Shown here piece after piece: positions 35,943 to 48,100 of a stretch of DNA of 64,000 bases. The stretch comes from Bdellovibrionales bacterium (GTDB lineage Bacteria; Bdellovibrionota; Bdellovibrionia; Bdellovibrionales; UBA1609), in NCBI GenBank assembly GCA_965219095.1, contig CBDCMT010000001.1, positions 1,280,001 to 1,344,000 of the forward strand, read 5' to 3'. Numbering within the stretch: the stretch's first letter is position 1; each line of letters begins with the position of its first letter. The position numbers and the translations under genes were made by a program. The notes below the pieces were generated by a model. It searched no databases. It worked only from the letters and a program-made list of their open reading frames with translations, and was not told the DNA's origin.

Positions 35943-36334
35943 CCCGACTTCAGCGTTTTCCACTACTAAAACTTCATAAAGTGTGCGAGCTATGTTTAGA
36001 ACAGAGTTGGGGGGTATTTTTCCAGACAGTGCATTTGTAGTGTCAGAAATCTTTTTTTGAGGTCTTTTCAAGGCTGGAAATTTCTTTTAACATTTAAATA
36101 TGTTTGTAAAAAAGATTCCAAGAAAGAATAGTTCTATTTCAGTTCAGATTGTAGAGAACAAGAGAGTGCAGAATAAAGTCATCCAAAAAACCATTCAACA
36201 TTTGGGGCAATATACAGTTTTAACCCCTAAAATCATATAAAAATCTATAAGGCACCGTTTAAAATGTAGTGATCACGGTTTTGCGTAACTACTTGAAATC
36301 ATTAGATTCTTGAAAAGAAAACGCTGAAGTCGGG
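35943..36334 (+). mobile_element. Internally deleted IS1634-type element (MITE-like)
   Basis: Perfect 18-bp IRs CCCGACTTCAGCGTTTTC; retains the transposase N-terminus MFVKKIPRKNSSISVQIVENKRVQNKVIQKTIQHLG from 36100. Confidence 0.82.
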
Positions 36335-36728
36335 AGAAAGTAAAATTAAGGCATTTAATACAGTACAATTTAAAAAGTATCCGCTGTTATTTTTTAAAAG
36401 AAGACTTCCGACAGTTATGGACCTATGTTTCACCAACTTGGGCTGGTAAATTTATAGACAGTTGGACGAGACGAGTCATGCTTTCAAAAATTGAACCTAT
36501 GAAAAGAGAAGCAAAAACCATACGAAGACATAAGCTACTTATTCTTAATTACTTCAAGGCTAAAAAAGCCTTCTCCTCAGGGATTGTAGAGGGTTTAAAC
36601 AACAAAGTAAAACTCACTATGAGAAAATCTTACGGCTTTAGAACCTCTAAAGCTATAAAAATCACCTTATATCATAACCTTGGAAAACTGCCAGAACCTC
36701 CGGGAACCCACAGATTCTTTTGAAGAGC
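36335..36728 (+). mobile_element. 3' fragment of ISL3 including the right end
   Basis: Matches ISL3 43410-43804; ORF 36478..36723. Confidence 0.9.
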
Positions 36729-37452
36729 AAATTATCTTTGTCTCACAACTCTAGGTCGTGTGCCTTTTCTTGCCCAAATCCTGCTTAAAGAACCTTGCTG
36801 GCCTATTCTGCATTCATCCTGCCACCAAATCTCTATTTTATGAGTCTGAATCTTTTCCTTTATTTTCTCCACCTCTTCTGGAAAATGTTCCTTAAACTGT
36901 TTCATAGCTTCTTGTGAACTTTTAGGATGAAGAGAACGACCACTGATCCATACAATATTAAGGCGGTCTAAAAGAGCATAAACCCCAGAAAGAGAATAGC
37001 AACAGTCAAATTCATTTGCTAAAAGTTCCTGTATTCCCTTTGCTCCTATGCTTCCTCCTTCTCTCTTGTCTTGAATTTCATCTAACTTGATTTTGAAGTT
37101 CTCTTCTTCTGTCACTGGTAAACGAGGCTTGCGCCCTCTGCCTTCTCGATCTATCAACCCCTCGTAATCAAAGTCTACAAAAGACTGTAACCAGGATTTG
37201 ATACTGTGACGGTGATAGAAAACTATACTTGCTGTTTCTTGAATCGATTTTCCTTCTTGCATATGCTGCAAAGCTTGGAGTTTTATCTTGATGTTGGCAC
37301 TTCTTTCTACTTTGTAAGTAGCTAGAAAATTATACCCTTGAATCTGTGTAACTAAATCTTTTTTCGACACTCTAAAAATTTAACAGAGTTTGATCAAAAA
37401 GCCAGGACGCTATGCGTTAAAAGAATGTCGAATTAATTTTTGGAAATGGTAT
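36729..37452 (-). mobile_element. 5' half of the second IS630 type A element
   Basis: ORF 36732..37370 and left IR at about 37425-37452. Confidence 0.9.
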
Positions 37453-37631
37453 TAGTTATTGTTTTTATTCTCTTTTTAGTGTTTTCAAGAGGTTATACAA
37501 AATAACCCCTCGGTTTAACTCGATCCGATGAAATCTCTGGAATCATGGAAGGAGCTATGACATCACAGGCTATTTTTGCTTCGTCAAACTGTCTTTTGAG
37601 ACTGAAACCTAATATACATTATATTTTTCAT

Positions 37632-37755
37632 TGGATGACCTCCTTTTTTGTTGTTAATAGTAAGCTCCTTTTTATGAGCTTACTTCTTAGATGAGTCTAA
37701 CTCTTCTAATCAGGGTTTTTAAGTCCCAGCTTTTCAAAAAAAGGCTGGTCATCCA
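37632..37755. repeat. MITE-like structured repeat, copy 2 (inverted)
   Basis: Reverse complement of 27442..27563 with a few substitutions; followed by a degenerate IS630 type A left end (about 37772-37858). Confidence 0.75.
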
Positions 37756-38017
37756 TATTTTCTTTTTGATAGACACTCTAAAAAATTAACAGGGTTTGAT
37801 CAAAAAGTACGTACGCTATGCGACAAAGGAATATCGCGTTAATTTTTGGAAATGATATAACTAAGCTTATAAGAAAATACTACTCAGAAGTAAAGGACGA
37901 ATTATAAAATTAGCTAATTCATCTGTTATAAGATCATGTCATGTTCGGAAGGGGTTCAGGAAGGAGTCTATAAAACACTCTATGAAAAATATAGGGAAAA
38001 AATAAGGAAGTAAAAAT

Positions 38018-39028
38018 ATGAAAGAATTTATTAATACAATTGTCCATAAAGACTCTTTAAAGTTTTTACCAAAATTAAAGAATTCCTCTATTGATCTTGT
38101 CCTAACAGATCCACCCTACTTTCTTGACAAAATGGATCAAAATTGGGATACAAAAAAAGTAAATAACAAAAAAAATCTCCAAACTATAAAATCTCTTCCT
38201 GCAGGAATGAGGTTTGATAAAGAGCAGGGTAAAAAATTTTATTCGTGGTATTTTAAAATATCAAAAGAAATGTTTAGAGTCTTAAAGCCAGGGGGTTTTT
38301 TATTTTCATTTTCAAGCCCCAGACTTTATCATAGAATGACCTGTGCTATAGATGATGCAGGCTTTGAAATAAAAGATAGTTTTATATGGCTTTACACTCA
38401 AAATCAGCCCAAAGCCATGAGTTTAAACCACTTTATTAAGAAACTAGATATTTCTCAAAAAAAGAAAGAGGAAATAATTGACAATTTATCAGGCTGGAAA
38501 ACTCCTCAAGTTAAATCTTGCTTTGAACCCATTGCAATGGCTCAAAAACCTACAGAGGGAACGTTTTTGAAAAATACTTTAAAACACAATGTCTCCTTAG
38601 TGAATACAAATCTTAAGCAAGGTTTAAACAAAGACATGTTTGCTTCTAATGTTTTATCTAGTGAGGAGATAAGTAAAGTTATTGATAGGGCTTTTTTAGT
38701 TGGAAAACCCAAAAAAAGTGAAAGAGGTGCTTTTAATAATCATAAAACTGTTAAACCTCTATCTTTATGTGAGTATTTAATTGCTCTAACAACAAGAGAG
38801 GGCTCATTAGTTTTAGATCCTTTTTCAGGAAGCGGAACAACTGCTGTAGCTTGTAAAAAGCTAAAGAGAAATTTTATAGCTATTGAAATGAATAAAGAAT
38901 ACATTGATATTTCAAATCGAAGATTGAAAAATATTTCTTCTTTACCTTTCAGAGAAGTACCACACTATAGTTTAATACCAATTACAGAAATTAATTCGAC
39001 ATTTTTATGTTCAAATTTAAAATTTTAG
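38018..39028 (+). CDS. N4/N6 DNA methyltransferase, beta-class motif order; C-terminal tail derived from an IS end
   Basis: DPPY motif before H.TVKP and DPFSGSGTT; IS630 type A right IR begins near 38975. Confidence 0.9.
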   Translation: MKEFINTIVHKDSLKFLPKLKNSSIDLVLTDPPYFLDKMDQNWDTKKVNNKKNLQTIKSLPAGMRFDKEQGKKFYSWYFKISKEMFRVLKPGGFLFSFSSPRLYHRMTCAIDDAGFEIKDSFIWLYTQNQPKAMSLNHFIKKLDISQKKKEEIIDNLSGWKTPQVKSCFEPIAMAQKPTEGTFLKNTLKHNVSLVNTNLKQGLNKDMFASNVLSSEEISKVIDRAFLVGKPKKSERGAFNNHKTVKPLSLCEYLIALTTREGSLVLDPFSGSGTTAVACKKLKRNFIAIEMNKEYIDISNRRLKNISSLPFREVPHYSLIPITEINSTFLCSNLKF

Positions 39029-39192
39029 AATTGACTTAAGGAAAAGCTTCAGTTAGGAGATTTTAAAAAAACTTCTTTTGAGGGGGGGTGAGTTTTCATA
39101 AGATATGTTTATTTCATGTATATAGTGCTTCCGCTTAGGTTTTCCGTTTTTTTTTGAGTTGAGGTCTAGTTTTTATTCTAAGGCCTATAAAA

Positions 39193-40237
39193 GAGGATGT
39201 CCGTAATCCCGTTAGGGTTTCAGAAGGGACTTTTTCATAATTAAGCTATCTCCATTTGTTTTTCAAGGGTTATTTTATTTATTTCTTCTATAAATAGAGG
39301 GATTTGTTTATGTCCCCTGATAGTGCGAAATTTTTTCTCGACATGTAACAAGGAAGCTGCGACCCATAAGGAGATTTGTCGAGGGTTTTTTTTCCAATTC
39401 TTCACTCTTCCTGTTTGTTGACGAACGATAGAGAAGGCACTTTCTATTGGGTTCGTAGAGCTTAAAGTCTTTCGTAAAAGAGGAGGAGTTTTTAAACGAA
39501 GGACTGTCAATGTTTCTAAATGGGCTTCTTTAAGACTTTCTGAAGCTTCAGAGCTTATTTTTTTAAGCCACTTCAGAAGACTATCATGTTCTTTTTTAGC
39601 ACTTTCATAATCTTCCAATCCATGAAGTTTTTTCCAACGTCTTTTAAACTCTAAGTGCTTTTCTTTGGGAAGATAGGAGAGGATATTCCTCTCCTTATGA
39701 TGAATGCATCTTTGAACCAAAGAGTTCTGTCCAAAAACATCATTGATGGATTTGCGAAGAGCTTTGCTTCCGTCAGTCACAAACAGTTTTTTGCTATCTT
39801 GTGGAAGACCACGTTCTATAAGATTTTGCAAGAGGTCTGTCATGATGACAGCGTTCTCTGTAGAGCCTTCTCTGAGACCTAAAATCATCTTTTTTCCTTC
39901 ACTTGTAATTCCAAGAACGCAAATCACTGTTCTTTTTGAAAATTCAATGCCGTCAATCATTAAAGCCACGAAACTTTCTTGTGAAAGATTCCGAGACTGA
40001 ATGGCTTCCAAAGACTTTTGACAACTCATCTTGAAAGCTTTACTGACAGAGGATTTTTTTAAACCTAAGCCGTCTTCCAACTTCCTTTGTAAAGGCTCAT
40101 AGTTTCTGGTGCTGACTCCTCATAGCCCTCATTACATCTTCACAGAGAAGATCAAAGCTCTGGAGAACTGTATAACTCTCCAGAGGAACTTCCTCTTTGT
40201 TTTTTCTAAGACGAGGACGTTGAACTCTTATCCTCTG
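39193..40237 (-). mobile_element. IS256-family element, 5'-truncated transposase (39241..40080)
   Basis: LMIDGI, G.K.ILG, VTDGSKAL, QRCIHHK and STNPIES motifs; cut by IS3 at 40238. Confidence 0.88.
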
Positions 40238-41488
40238 TGATCTTCCCCCAAAAAAGTGGACAGTTTTTATGTTCTTAAAGCCCTCCTTTGTTTAAATTCT
40301 TTTGGGCTCATGTATTTCAAGGAAGAATGCATTCTTACCTTGTTATACCAATCCATGTAAATTGCAATTTTTTTCTCCAACTCTTCCTTTGTTGTACAGT
40401 CTTTGTATTCCAGTTCATCCTTCAACGTATGGAAAAAGCTCTCCACAAACGCATTATCATAACAATTTCCTTTCCTAGACATAGATTGCTTGAGGCCAAA
40501 GAATTTCAATTCTTTTCTAAACCCTTCACAACAATATTGAACCCCTTGATCCGAGTGGATTATCAAGCCCTCTAAGTTCCCAGAAACAGATTGGACTGCG
40601 GCTCTCAGAGCCTGTTTTGAATGAACCCCGTCCAAGCTCTCACAGAGCTTCCAAGACTTAATCTCTCGATTATAGACATCTAAAAATACAACCAAATACA
40701 GAAATTTATCTCTAAAAGGAATATAGGTTAAATCCGAACACCATACCTGGTTTTCTTTTCCTGCTTGGCTCTGTCCTGTCTTAAACAACCGAGGAGACTT
40801 AATCATGAGAGGGTTATTCTTTGTTGTTCTAGGAACATAGGGTTTTTTCTGACGGGCACTGAGATTCTTTAGTTTCATAATTCGAGCTACTTTGTTTTCT
40901 CCAGCACTCACTCCGCAACGCTTTAATTCCCTATACACCCTGGGGGAACCATAACAGCCTTTATTTTTTTTAAAAATAGATTCTATGTTTTTCTCCAGAT
41001 TTTTATCCTTTTCAAGCTTTCCCCTGGTTTTTAAAAAACTATAAAAACCAGAACGAGATCCTCTTAATAATTCGCAGATGCGAAGCACTGGATGCCCTTT
41101 CTCTTTTACATAAAACATAGCCTTAAATCTCATTTCAGGATTTCCTTTGAAAAAAAAGCCGCTGCCTCTTTCAATATACCTACACTCCGCCTCTCATAGA
41201 CCAGCTCCTTTTTTAACCTCTTTATTTCCTCCAATGCCGAAGCCAAGTCATGGGAAGCTTGTCTTTCTACTTCAGGCTTTAGAAAACGCTTCCAAGAGCT
41301 TATCACTTGGAAATTTCTCAGTCCTAGCTTCTCTGAGGCTTCCTTTGCACCTATTTCCTCTGCCAATTCAATGGCTTGCTTTTTAAACTCTTCCGAGTAC
41401 TGTTTTACTTTTTCCATTCTTTCTTTTACCTCCATTTTATGGAGACTTTAAGAGAAAATTGACTGTCCGCAAAAACAGGGGAAGTTCA
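40238..41488 (-). mobile_element. IS3-family element, orfA 41130..41435 and orfB 40267..41133
   Basis: TG...CA ends with IRs; YSEEFK HTH; WCSDLTY, HSDQGVQY, DNAFVESFF and YN..R.HSSL motifs; ATGA overlap. Confidence 0.95.
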
Positions 41489-42285
41489 GGGGCCCTACGA
41501 TTTCATATGGTTGGATAAGAGAGGGTAAGAAGTTTGAAGTGAAGACCAATTCAGGCTGGAGAAAAAGAGTGAATGTTTGTGGAGCTATTGAGATCAATAG
41601 TTTGAAGACGGTAGTCAGGAGTTATAAGACAGTTAACCATGTTTCCATATGTGATATGCTCCATCATATTCGCAAGAAGCATCCCGATGAAAAAGAGATT
41701 CATCTTATCTTAGATGGGGCCGGATACAATAGATCGAAGTCTGTCAAGAAGTTAGCGAAAGAGTTGAATATAAAACTTGTTTATCTTCCTCCGTACTCAC
41801 CGAATTTAAATCCTATAGAAAGGCTTTGGAAGTTTATGAAAAAAGAGGTCACGGCGAATCGATATTATGAAAACTATGACGATTTCAAGGGAAGTTTAAG
41901 TCAATTTTTTAGAGGAATACGAAAACACAGATCTAAATTAGAAACTTTGATAACTGATAACTTCTCTATCTTAGGAAACTGAAAACCTAAACGGAAGCAC
42001 TATATGATCTTGATTTGAAGGTTTTTTCGTTTTTGAGTTCAAAAAATGTTCATCAGTGATAAGAGAAATGGATTTTTGAACAAAGTTTTTTGGGTTTATT
42101 TTCTTAGCATAAGAGCTTTGATGAGCTTTTTTTAAAAGATCTTTTGATTTTAAAAAAATACGTTTTTCAAGAATAAGACGTGCTACTTTCTTCTTAGTGT
42201 TTTTATTTTCTTTATTTCTCATAAATGAACCTTTCTTTTTTTATTCTTTTAATTTCTAACTTAAGTGATAGTTTTTTATTTTTTT

Positions 42286-43804
42286 GGCTCCTCCCGGGAA
42301 TCTGTGGGTGAAAAGTAGTAGAAATCCCCCAAAAAGGCTCATATTAATCAAAGTAAGAGTAAGACATCCTATCTTGTATTTTTGAGTTCTTTGAGGCCCT
42401 TACTGGCCTCTATCGCCTTTGGCGATTGAACTCAAAAACATTCATTTTATTTGCTTTTATTTGCTGTGTTACATTAAAATTTTAAAAAAGAAGCACCTAC
42501 TTCCCAGATGCCTTAAAATGTTATTCAAAAAAAAAAAAAGGAGGGAAGAGATGCTTTTGAAGACTATACTAAATGATTGTTTAAGATGGAAGTCTTTTGT
42601 GTACGAAGACATTTATTTTTCAAAAGATAGAAAGTCAATTAATGTTCCTATTAAGGCTCGTAAAAATGGCCAAGCTTTTTGTAGTGTTTGTAAGAAGCCC
42701 TGTTCAGTGTATGACAGCAGTAAATCATCACGGGACTTTGAATCCCTTCCTATTTTAAGTTACAGGGTGTTCTTTGTTTATGCTGTAAGAAGAGTCAATT
42801 GTCCTTGCTGTGGGGTAAAAGTTGAACATTTACCTTGGGCCGATGGTAAGAAGAGTTTAACGATCTTTTACATGAAGTACTTAGCAGACTGGTGTCGTCA
42901 CCTGTCTTGGAAAGAGGTTTCTTGTAAGTTTCATGTCAGTTGGAATCAGGTCTATGCTTCGGTAGAATGGGTCGTAGAATATGGTTTAAAACAAAGGGTT
43001 TTAAAGGGAATACAAGCTATAGGTGTAGATGAAATACAATGGAAAAAGAACCATCAGTATCTCACCTTAGTCTATGAAATAAGCAAAACCCGTGTACGCT
43101 TGTTGTGGATAGGAGAGAAAAGAACAGAAAAGAGTTTTAGAAAATTCTTTGATTTACTAGGAGAGAAGTCAAAAGATATACGGTTTGTGTGTTCTGATAT
43201 GTGGAAGCCTTATTTAAAAGTCATAAAGGAGAGGGCAAGTGGAGCTTTACACATATTAGATCGGTTTCATATCGTAGCAAGACTCAATAAGGCTTTAGAC
43301 GAAGTGAGAGCTTCAGAACACAAAAAAATGAAAGAAGACGGGTATGAACTCCTTTTAACAAAAGCTAGATGGCCCTTGTTAAAAAATGCAGAAAATTTAA
43401 AATCTTATGAAAAAGTAAAATTAAGGCATTTAATACAGTACAATTTAAAAAGTATCCGCTGTTATTTTTTAAAAGAAGACTTCCGACAGTTATGGACCTA
43501 TGTTCCACCAACTTGGGCTGGTAAATTTATAGACAGTTGGACGAGACGAGTCATGCTTTCAAAAATTGAACCTATGAAAAGAAAAGCAAAAACCATACAA
43601 AGACATAAGCTACTTATTCTTAATTACTTCAAGGCTAAAAAAACCTTCTCCTCAGGGATTGTAGAGGGTTTAAACAACAAAGTAAAACTCACTATGAGAA
43701 AATCTTACGGCTTTAGAACCTCTAAAGCTATAAAAATCGCCTTATATCATAACCTTGGAAAACTGCCAGAACCTCCGGGAACCCACAGATTCTTTCGAGG
43801 AGGC
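42286..43804 (+). mobile_element. ISL3-family element; transposase from 42551, stop TGA changed to CGA
   Basis: IRs, 8-bp duplication ATTTTTTT, AGGAGG site before MLLKT. Confidence 0.93.
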
Positions 43805-44887
43805 ATTTTTTTTAACCCTTTAGCTTAAGAGTTTTTAAAAAAGCTGAAATAGGGGTCAGGCAGGTTTTTTAAATTTGCAGAAGATAGCTAAAAAATAAAT
43901 AATTTCAATAAGTTATAACGCTTAAAAATATTTTTTCACTGTGGAGTTCTCATCATCAATTCATCACTTGTTTTTACTCCCTTTTTTGTTTTTTAAAAAC
44001 TACAATCTCTCTTCTCTAAAATGGGCTAAGCTCATTAAATTTTTATCCATGAAATCCTCAAACAGGTATAAAAAATCTTAGAAGGGCTATTTAAAAAAAA
44101 AGGCTTTTTTCTTCATCCATTAAGTTATTTCTTCTTCTTTTTTTAAAAAAAATGTATAAAACAGCTAAATTTCAGGCTTTGAAAGTAGCTTTTTAAAGCT
44201 CTTTGAAGACGATTTTTTGACCTGTAGCTACATAGGATTTGAACCCTGTAAAAACTCTTTTTTATCTTTTAGAGATATAACATTTTCTGTCTATGGCCTC
44301 CTTTTCTTTTATGGAGCGGTTTTTTTAACTTCAAGGGGTTTGCATGGGTGTTTTTTTTTCTTATTTCTTCGAACAAATAGAGCTTATCTTGACCGGACAT
44401 GGAAAATTTCCCCCTCACTATAGGGGAGGTGCTAACCCCTATGGGGGTTAAATTCCTTCTAATTGATTGAATTTCTTAGTTTTTTTGTTTTTTAGCTTCT
44501 GAACTGGAAATGTTTAATTTTTTAGAAATCTTCCCTTCTGTCAAGTCTCATAGAGGGCCATTGGAATCACACTTTTTTTTTACTTGAAAGTAACTGAGAG
44601 TAGATTTTTTTAAGAAGCTGACCTAAAAAACTCATCTTTTAAAGCTGCTTTTGGATTTTCTTTTTGGCACTCCTTAAACCTCACATCGATACGATCCTGA
44701 TTAGAAAGTGTTTCATCTCTTAAGCTCAAATAGGTGATCCTCTGTTTTAAGAGAAAGGGCTTTTTTGAAAATATCTTTGGCTTTAATTTTTCTACTATAA
44801 GGGATTTTATGGGATTTTATGGGATTTTACTAAAAGCTCTTTTAATTTAAAAAAGCTCCATTTAACTTCTCAAATTAGAGCCCCCTC

Positions 44888-44941
44888 TTTACGATCGGTC
44901 AATAGGGAAAGCTTATGGAGGCTTTAGTACAAGGTAAGCTA
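44888..44941 (+). pseudogene. Degenerate fragment paralogous to the 48502..49320 gene
   Basis: Translates FTIGQ*GKLMEALVQGKL versus FIGQWGKLMEALVKGDL. Confidence 0.6.
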
Positions 44942-45124
44942 GAGGATGAGAGTCAATTGATTTAATGTGCCTAACTTTTAGCCTAAGAAAGAAAATAAAA
45001 GTAGCTAAGAAGGTAGGAAGTAACAACTTAAAACATGGAAGAAGATAGAGTTTTTACTTAGCGATCGGAAAAAGACAGTAGAAGTTAGAAGCAAAAAACT
45101 TTCCAACAATTTGTTAACTTAAGC

Positions 45125-48100
45125 CCTGAGTTCGCCCTCAAGAAAGGATTAAATTTATAACTATTTGATTTCATTGGTATTTTTTTGCTTGACAACATAG
45201 TATGTCTTTAGTATGTTCATATTTATAGGGGGGGATTATGTACATAACAAGTCCTAAACGCAAAAACGGTAGCACAGTGGTTCGTCTTGTGGAATCTTTT
45301 TGGAAAGAAGGCAAAGTAAAGAATCGCATTATCAAAACCATAGGACAATCTAAAGATTCCAAGATCGTAGAGAAATACAAACAAGAAGCTAAAAAGCTTC
45401 TTGAACAACATAAAAAGGGTCTTCTTTCACTTTCAAGCCTTTCAGAAAAGATTCCTATTGATCTCCTACGTTTCCAAGGTGAGAGAAGACATAACCATGG
45501 TTTTGAGGACATTTTCGGAACAGCATGGGAGGATTTAGGTTTTAAAGATTTAATAGAAACTGGAAGAAAAAAAGAGGCTATAAACCAAGTACTCCGTGAG
45601 GTGGTTTTTATGAGAGTTTTCTCTCCTTCAAGCAAGCTAAGAAGCTGTTCTCTAATAGAGAAGTTCTTTAGTAAACAAATATCTCATAAACAGGTCTTGA
45701 CTATGATGGATAGAGTTTTTAAAGAGGAGGATGTTTTGAGGCAAAAGGTTTTCGAATCTCTAGCATCCAAAGGTTCGGACTTTAATGTTTTACTGTTTGA
45801 TGTAACAACCCTATATTTTGAATCTACCATGCAGGGAGAATTAAGGGACTTTGGTTATAGCAAGGACGGAAAGTTTAATGAAACTCAAGTGGTTTTGGCT
45901 GTGCTAGCCAATACAGAGGGTTTGCCTTTAGCTTACGAGGTGTTTCCTGGTTGCACATCAGAGACCAAGACTTTGCAATTTGTTTTAAACCAAGCTGTAA
46001 AGAAGTATAAGGTAAAACGAATTCGTGTGGTGGCTGATAGAGCTATGTTTTCAGATAGCAATTTTAAGTTTTTTGAAAGTTTAAATAAGAAAGGAATTGA
46101 GGCTGAGTATGTGGTATCCTGCCCTTTAAAGAAACTACCTAAAGAGAAAAAAGAAAAAATTTTTGAATTTAAAGAACTTAAAAAAGAGAGCCAAAATTCT
46201 GAAGTTTATGAGTTTTCCTACAAGAATCGCAAGGTATTTGTTTCTTACAGTGAAAAGCGGAGATTACAGGATGAAAAAAAACGACAAAGATTGTTAGAAA
46301 AACTCAAAAAAATTTGTAAAGACGGTAAAATTTCAGCCACTAAGTTAGTAAGTAATCGTGGGGTTCGAAAATACCTTAAAACTCTAAAAGGAAGTGTTCA
46401 GATAGATGCAGATAAAATCTTTCAGGACAGCCTTTGGGATGGCCTCTATGGAGTTTGCTCTAACATAGAATGTGAAACAAATAGGAAACCTTTAGAATTA
46501 TACCGGTCACTTTGGAAAATTGAAGAACTGTTTCGTATTAACAAGCATACCTTGAAGATGCGTCCTATCTATCACAGACTCTCTGAAAGAATTAAATCTC
46601 ATCTTTTTATTTGTTTTTTGGCTTACACTGTCTTGAAGTATGTAGAACTCTCTTTAAAAAAAGCTACTCTTCATTACAGCCTTAATGAGCTTATTGATAC
46701 TTTAAAAGAGGTTGAATCTTTTGTGATTGGAGACAAAATGAAAAAACCTTCTGTCTCCTATTTTGTCCCCAGAGCTTTATCCAAAGAAGCCAAACAGATT
46801 TATGCTGTATTTAAAAAAGATTACATAAAAAAACCTTTTCGCATAGAAAACTCTTCCTAAACTTAAAATAACCCATCTAAAACCTAGTGTTCTGACCAGT
46901 AAATTTTTTCACAATTTTCAAGCCTTTAATCCAGGTCATTTTATTAAATTATTTTTATATTAAAAAGAATAAAAGTGAAATGTTTAGAGTTATACCAATT
47001 CCAAAAGTTAATTCTACATTTTCATGTATAAGTTTGGATTTTTACTTCTAGAAATTTATAACTTTTAAGTATGGGTAAAGAGTGTATCAAATTCATTGGA
47101 AAGATATGATTTTCTAATGTTTATATACAATTTAGTTTACAGGCTCTTACAGGCTCGTCTCATTTTTTATAATGGAACTTTTCTCTGGCTGATTTTCTTG
47201 AAAAATTCCATTTTATTGTCATCTTCCGTCTGTTCATAATATTCACCCAAGCCTTGGTTCTTTTTCTTAAAGTTTCTATGTCAGGTATTCTTGATTTTCC
47301 TAAACATTGACGAGAGTACATATTGATTGCAATTTCTGCTTGATTTAACCAACTTCCATGACTCGGAGTATAATGAACCTCAAAGCGAGACCATAGATGC
47401 AAACCTCGATCTTTTCCATAAAAATCAGTAAGACTTTTTTTTCTATGAGTGTTCAAATTATCCATAACTAGAACAATCTTCTTGGAATCAGAATAATGTC
47501 TCTCAACAGAAGATAAAAACTTAGCAAAATCCGGACCTATCCTTCTCTCTGTTACCTTATTCATATAAAAACCTCTCTTAGGCTCCACAGCACAGAAAAC
47601 ATTTGCTGTACCCTCTCTTTTATACTCATAATCTACTTTTTTTACTTCCGAGGGATGACAACCCGATGGAGGACGAACATCATCAAGTAACTGAAGAGGC
47701 TTTTCATCAATACACACAACAGGCTTTCCTTTAATCGGAGGCTTCTCATACACTTTCAAAACATCCTCCATCCTCTCTATAAATTCATCATTAAGCTCTG
47801 GTACACACCAACTCTTCTGTTGCCAAGGTTTTAGATCATGTTCTAAAAGAATAATCCTAACTTTTTCTTTGCTAATAGAGTCTACAATCTTGTTTTTTTC
47901 TGCCCTCTCTTTAATGAGCTCTAAAGTCCATCGATCAAAGCCCTCCGGAGGATCTGAGCAGACCATAGCTATAATCTTTGACTTTATGCGATCATCAAAC
48001 TTTGGAGGTTTTCCAGGACGAGGATCATCTTCAAGAGCTTTTTTCAGCCCAGAATTCTCATAGTTTTTTTGGATGTTGAAAACAGTTCTAGGAGTTATCT

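Larger units (their letters stand above)
39123..42002 (+). mobile_element. IS630 type B copy 5, split by IS256 and IS3 with an internal deletion
   Basis: Left end 39123-39186 and 3' part 41489-42002 (ORF 41539..41982, no frameshift). Confidence 0.85.

Noticed and set aside
41971..42222. 83-aa lysine-rich ORF as a real gene
   Set aside because: No motif and its 3' end runs into an IS630 end; possibly a truncated gene but unsupported
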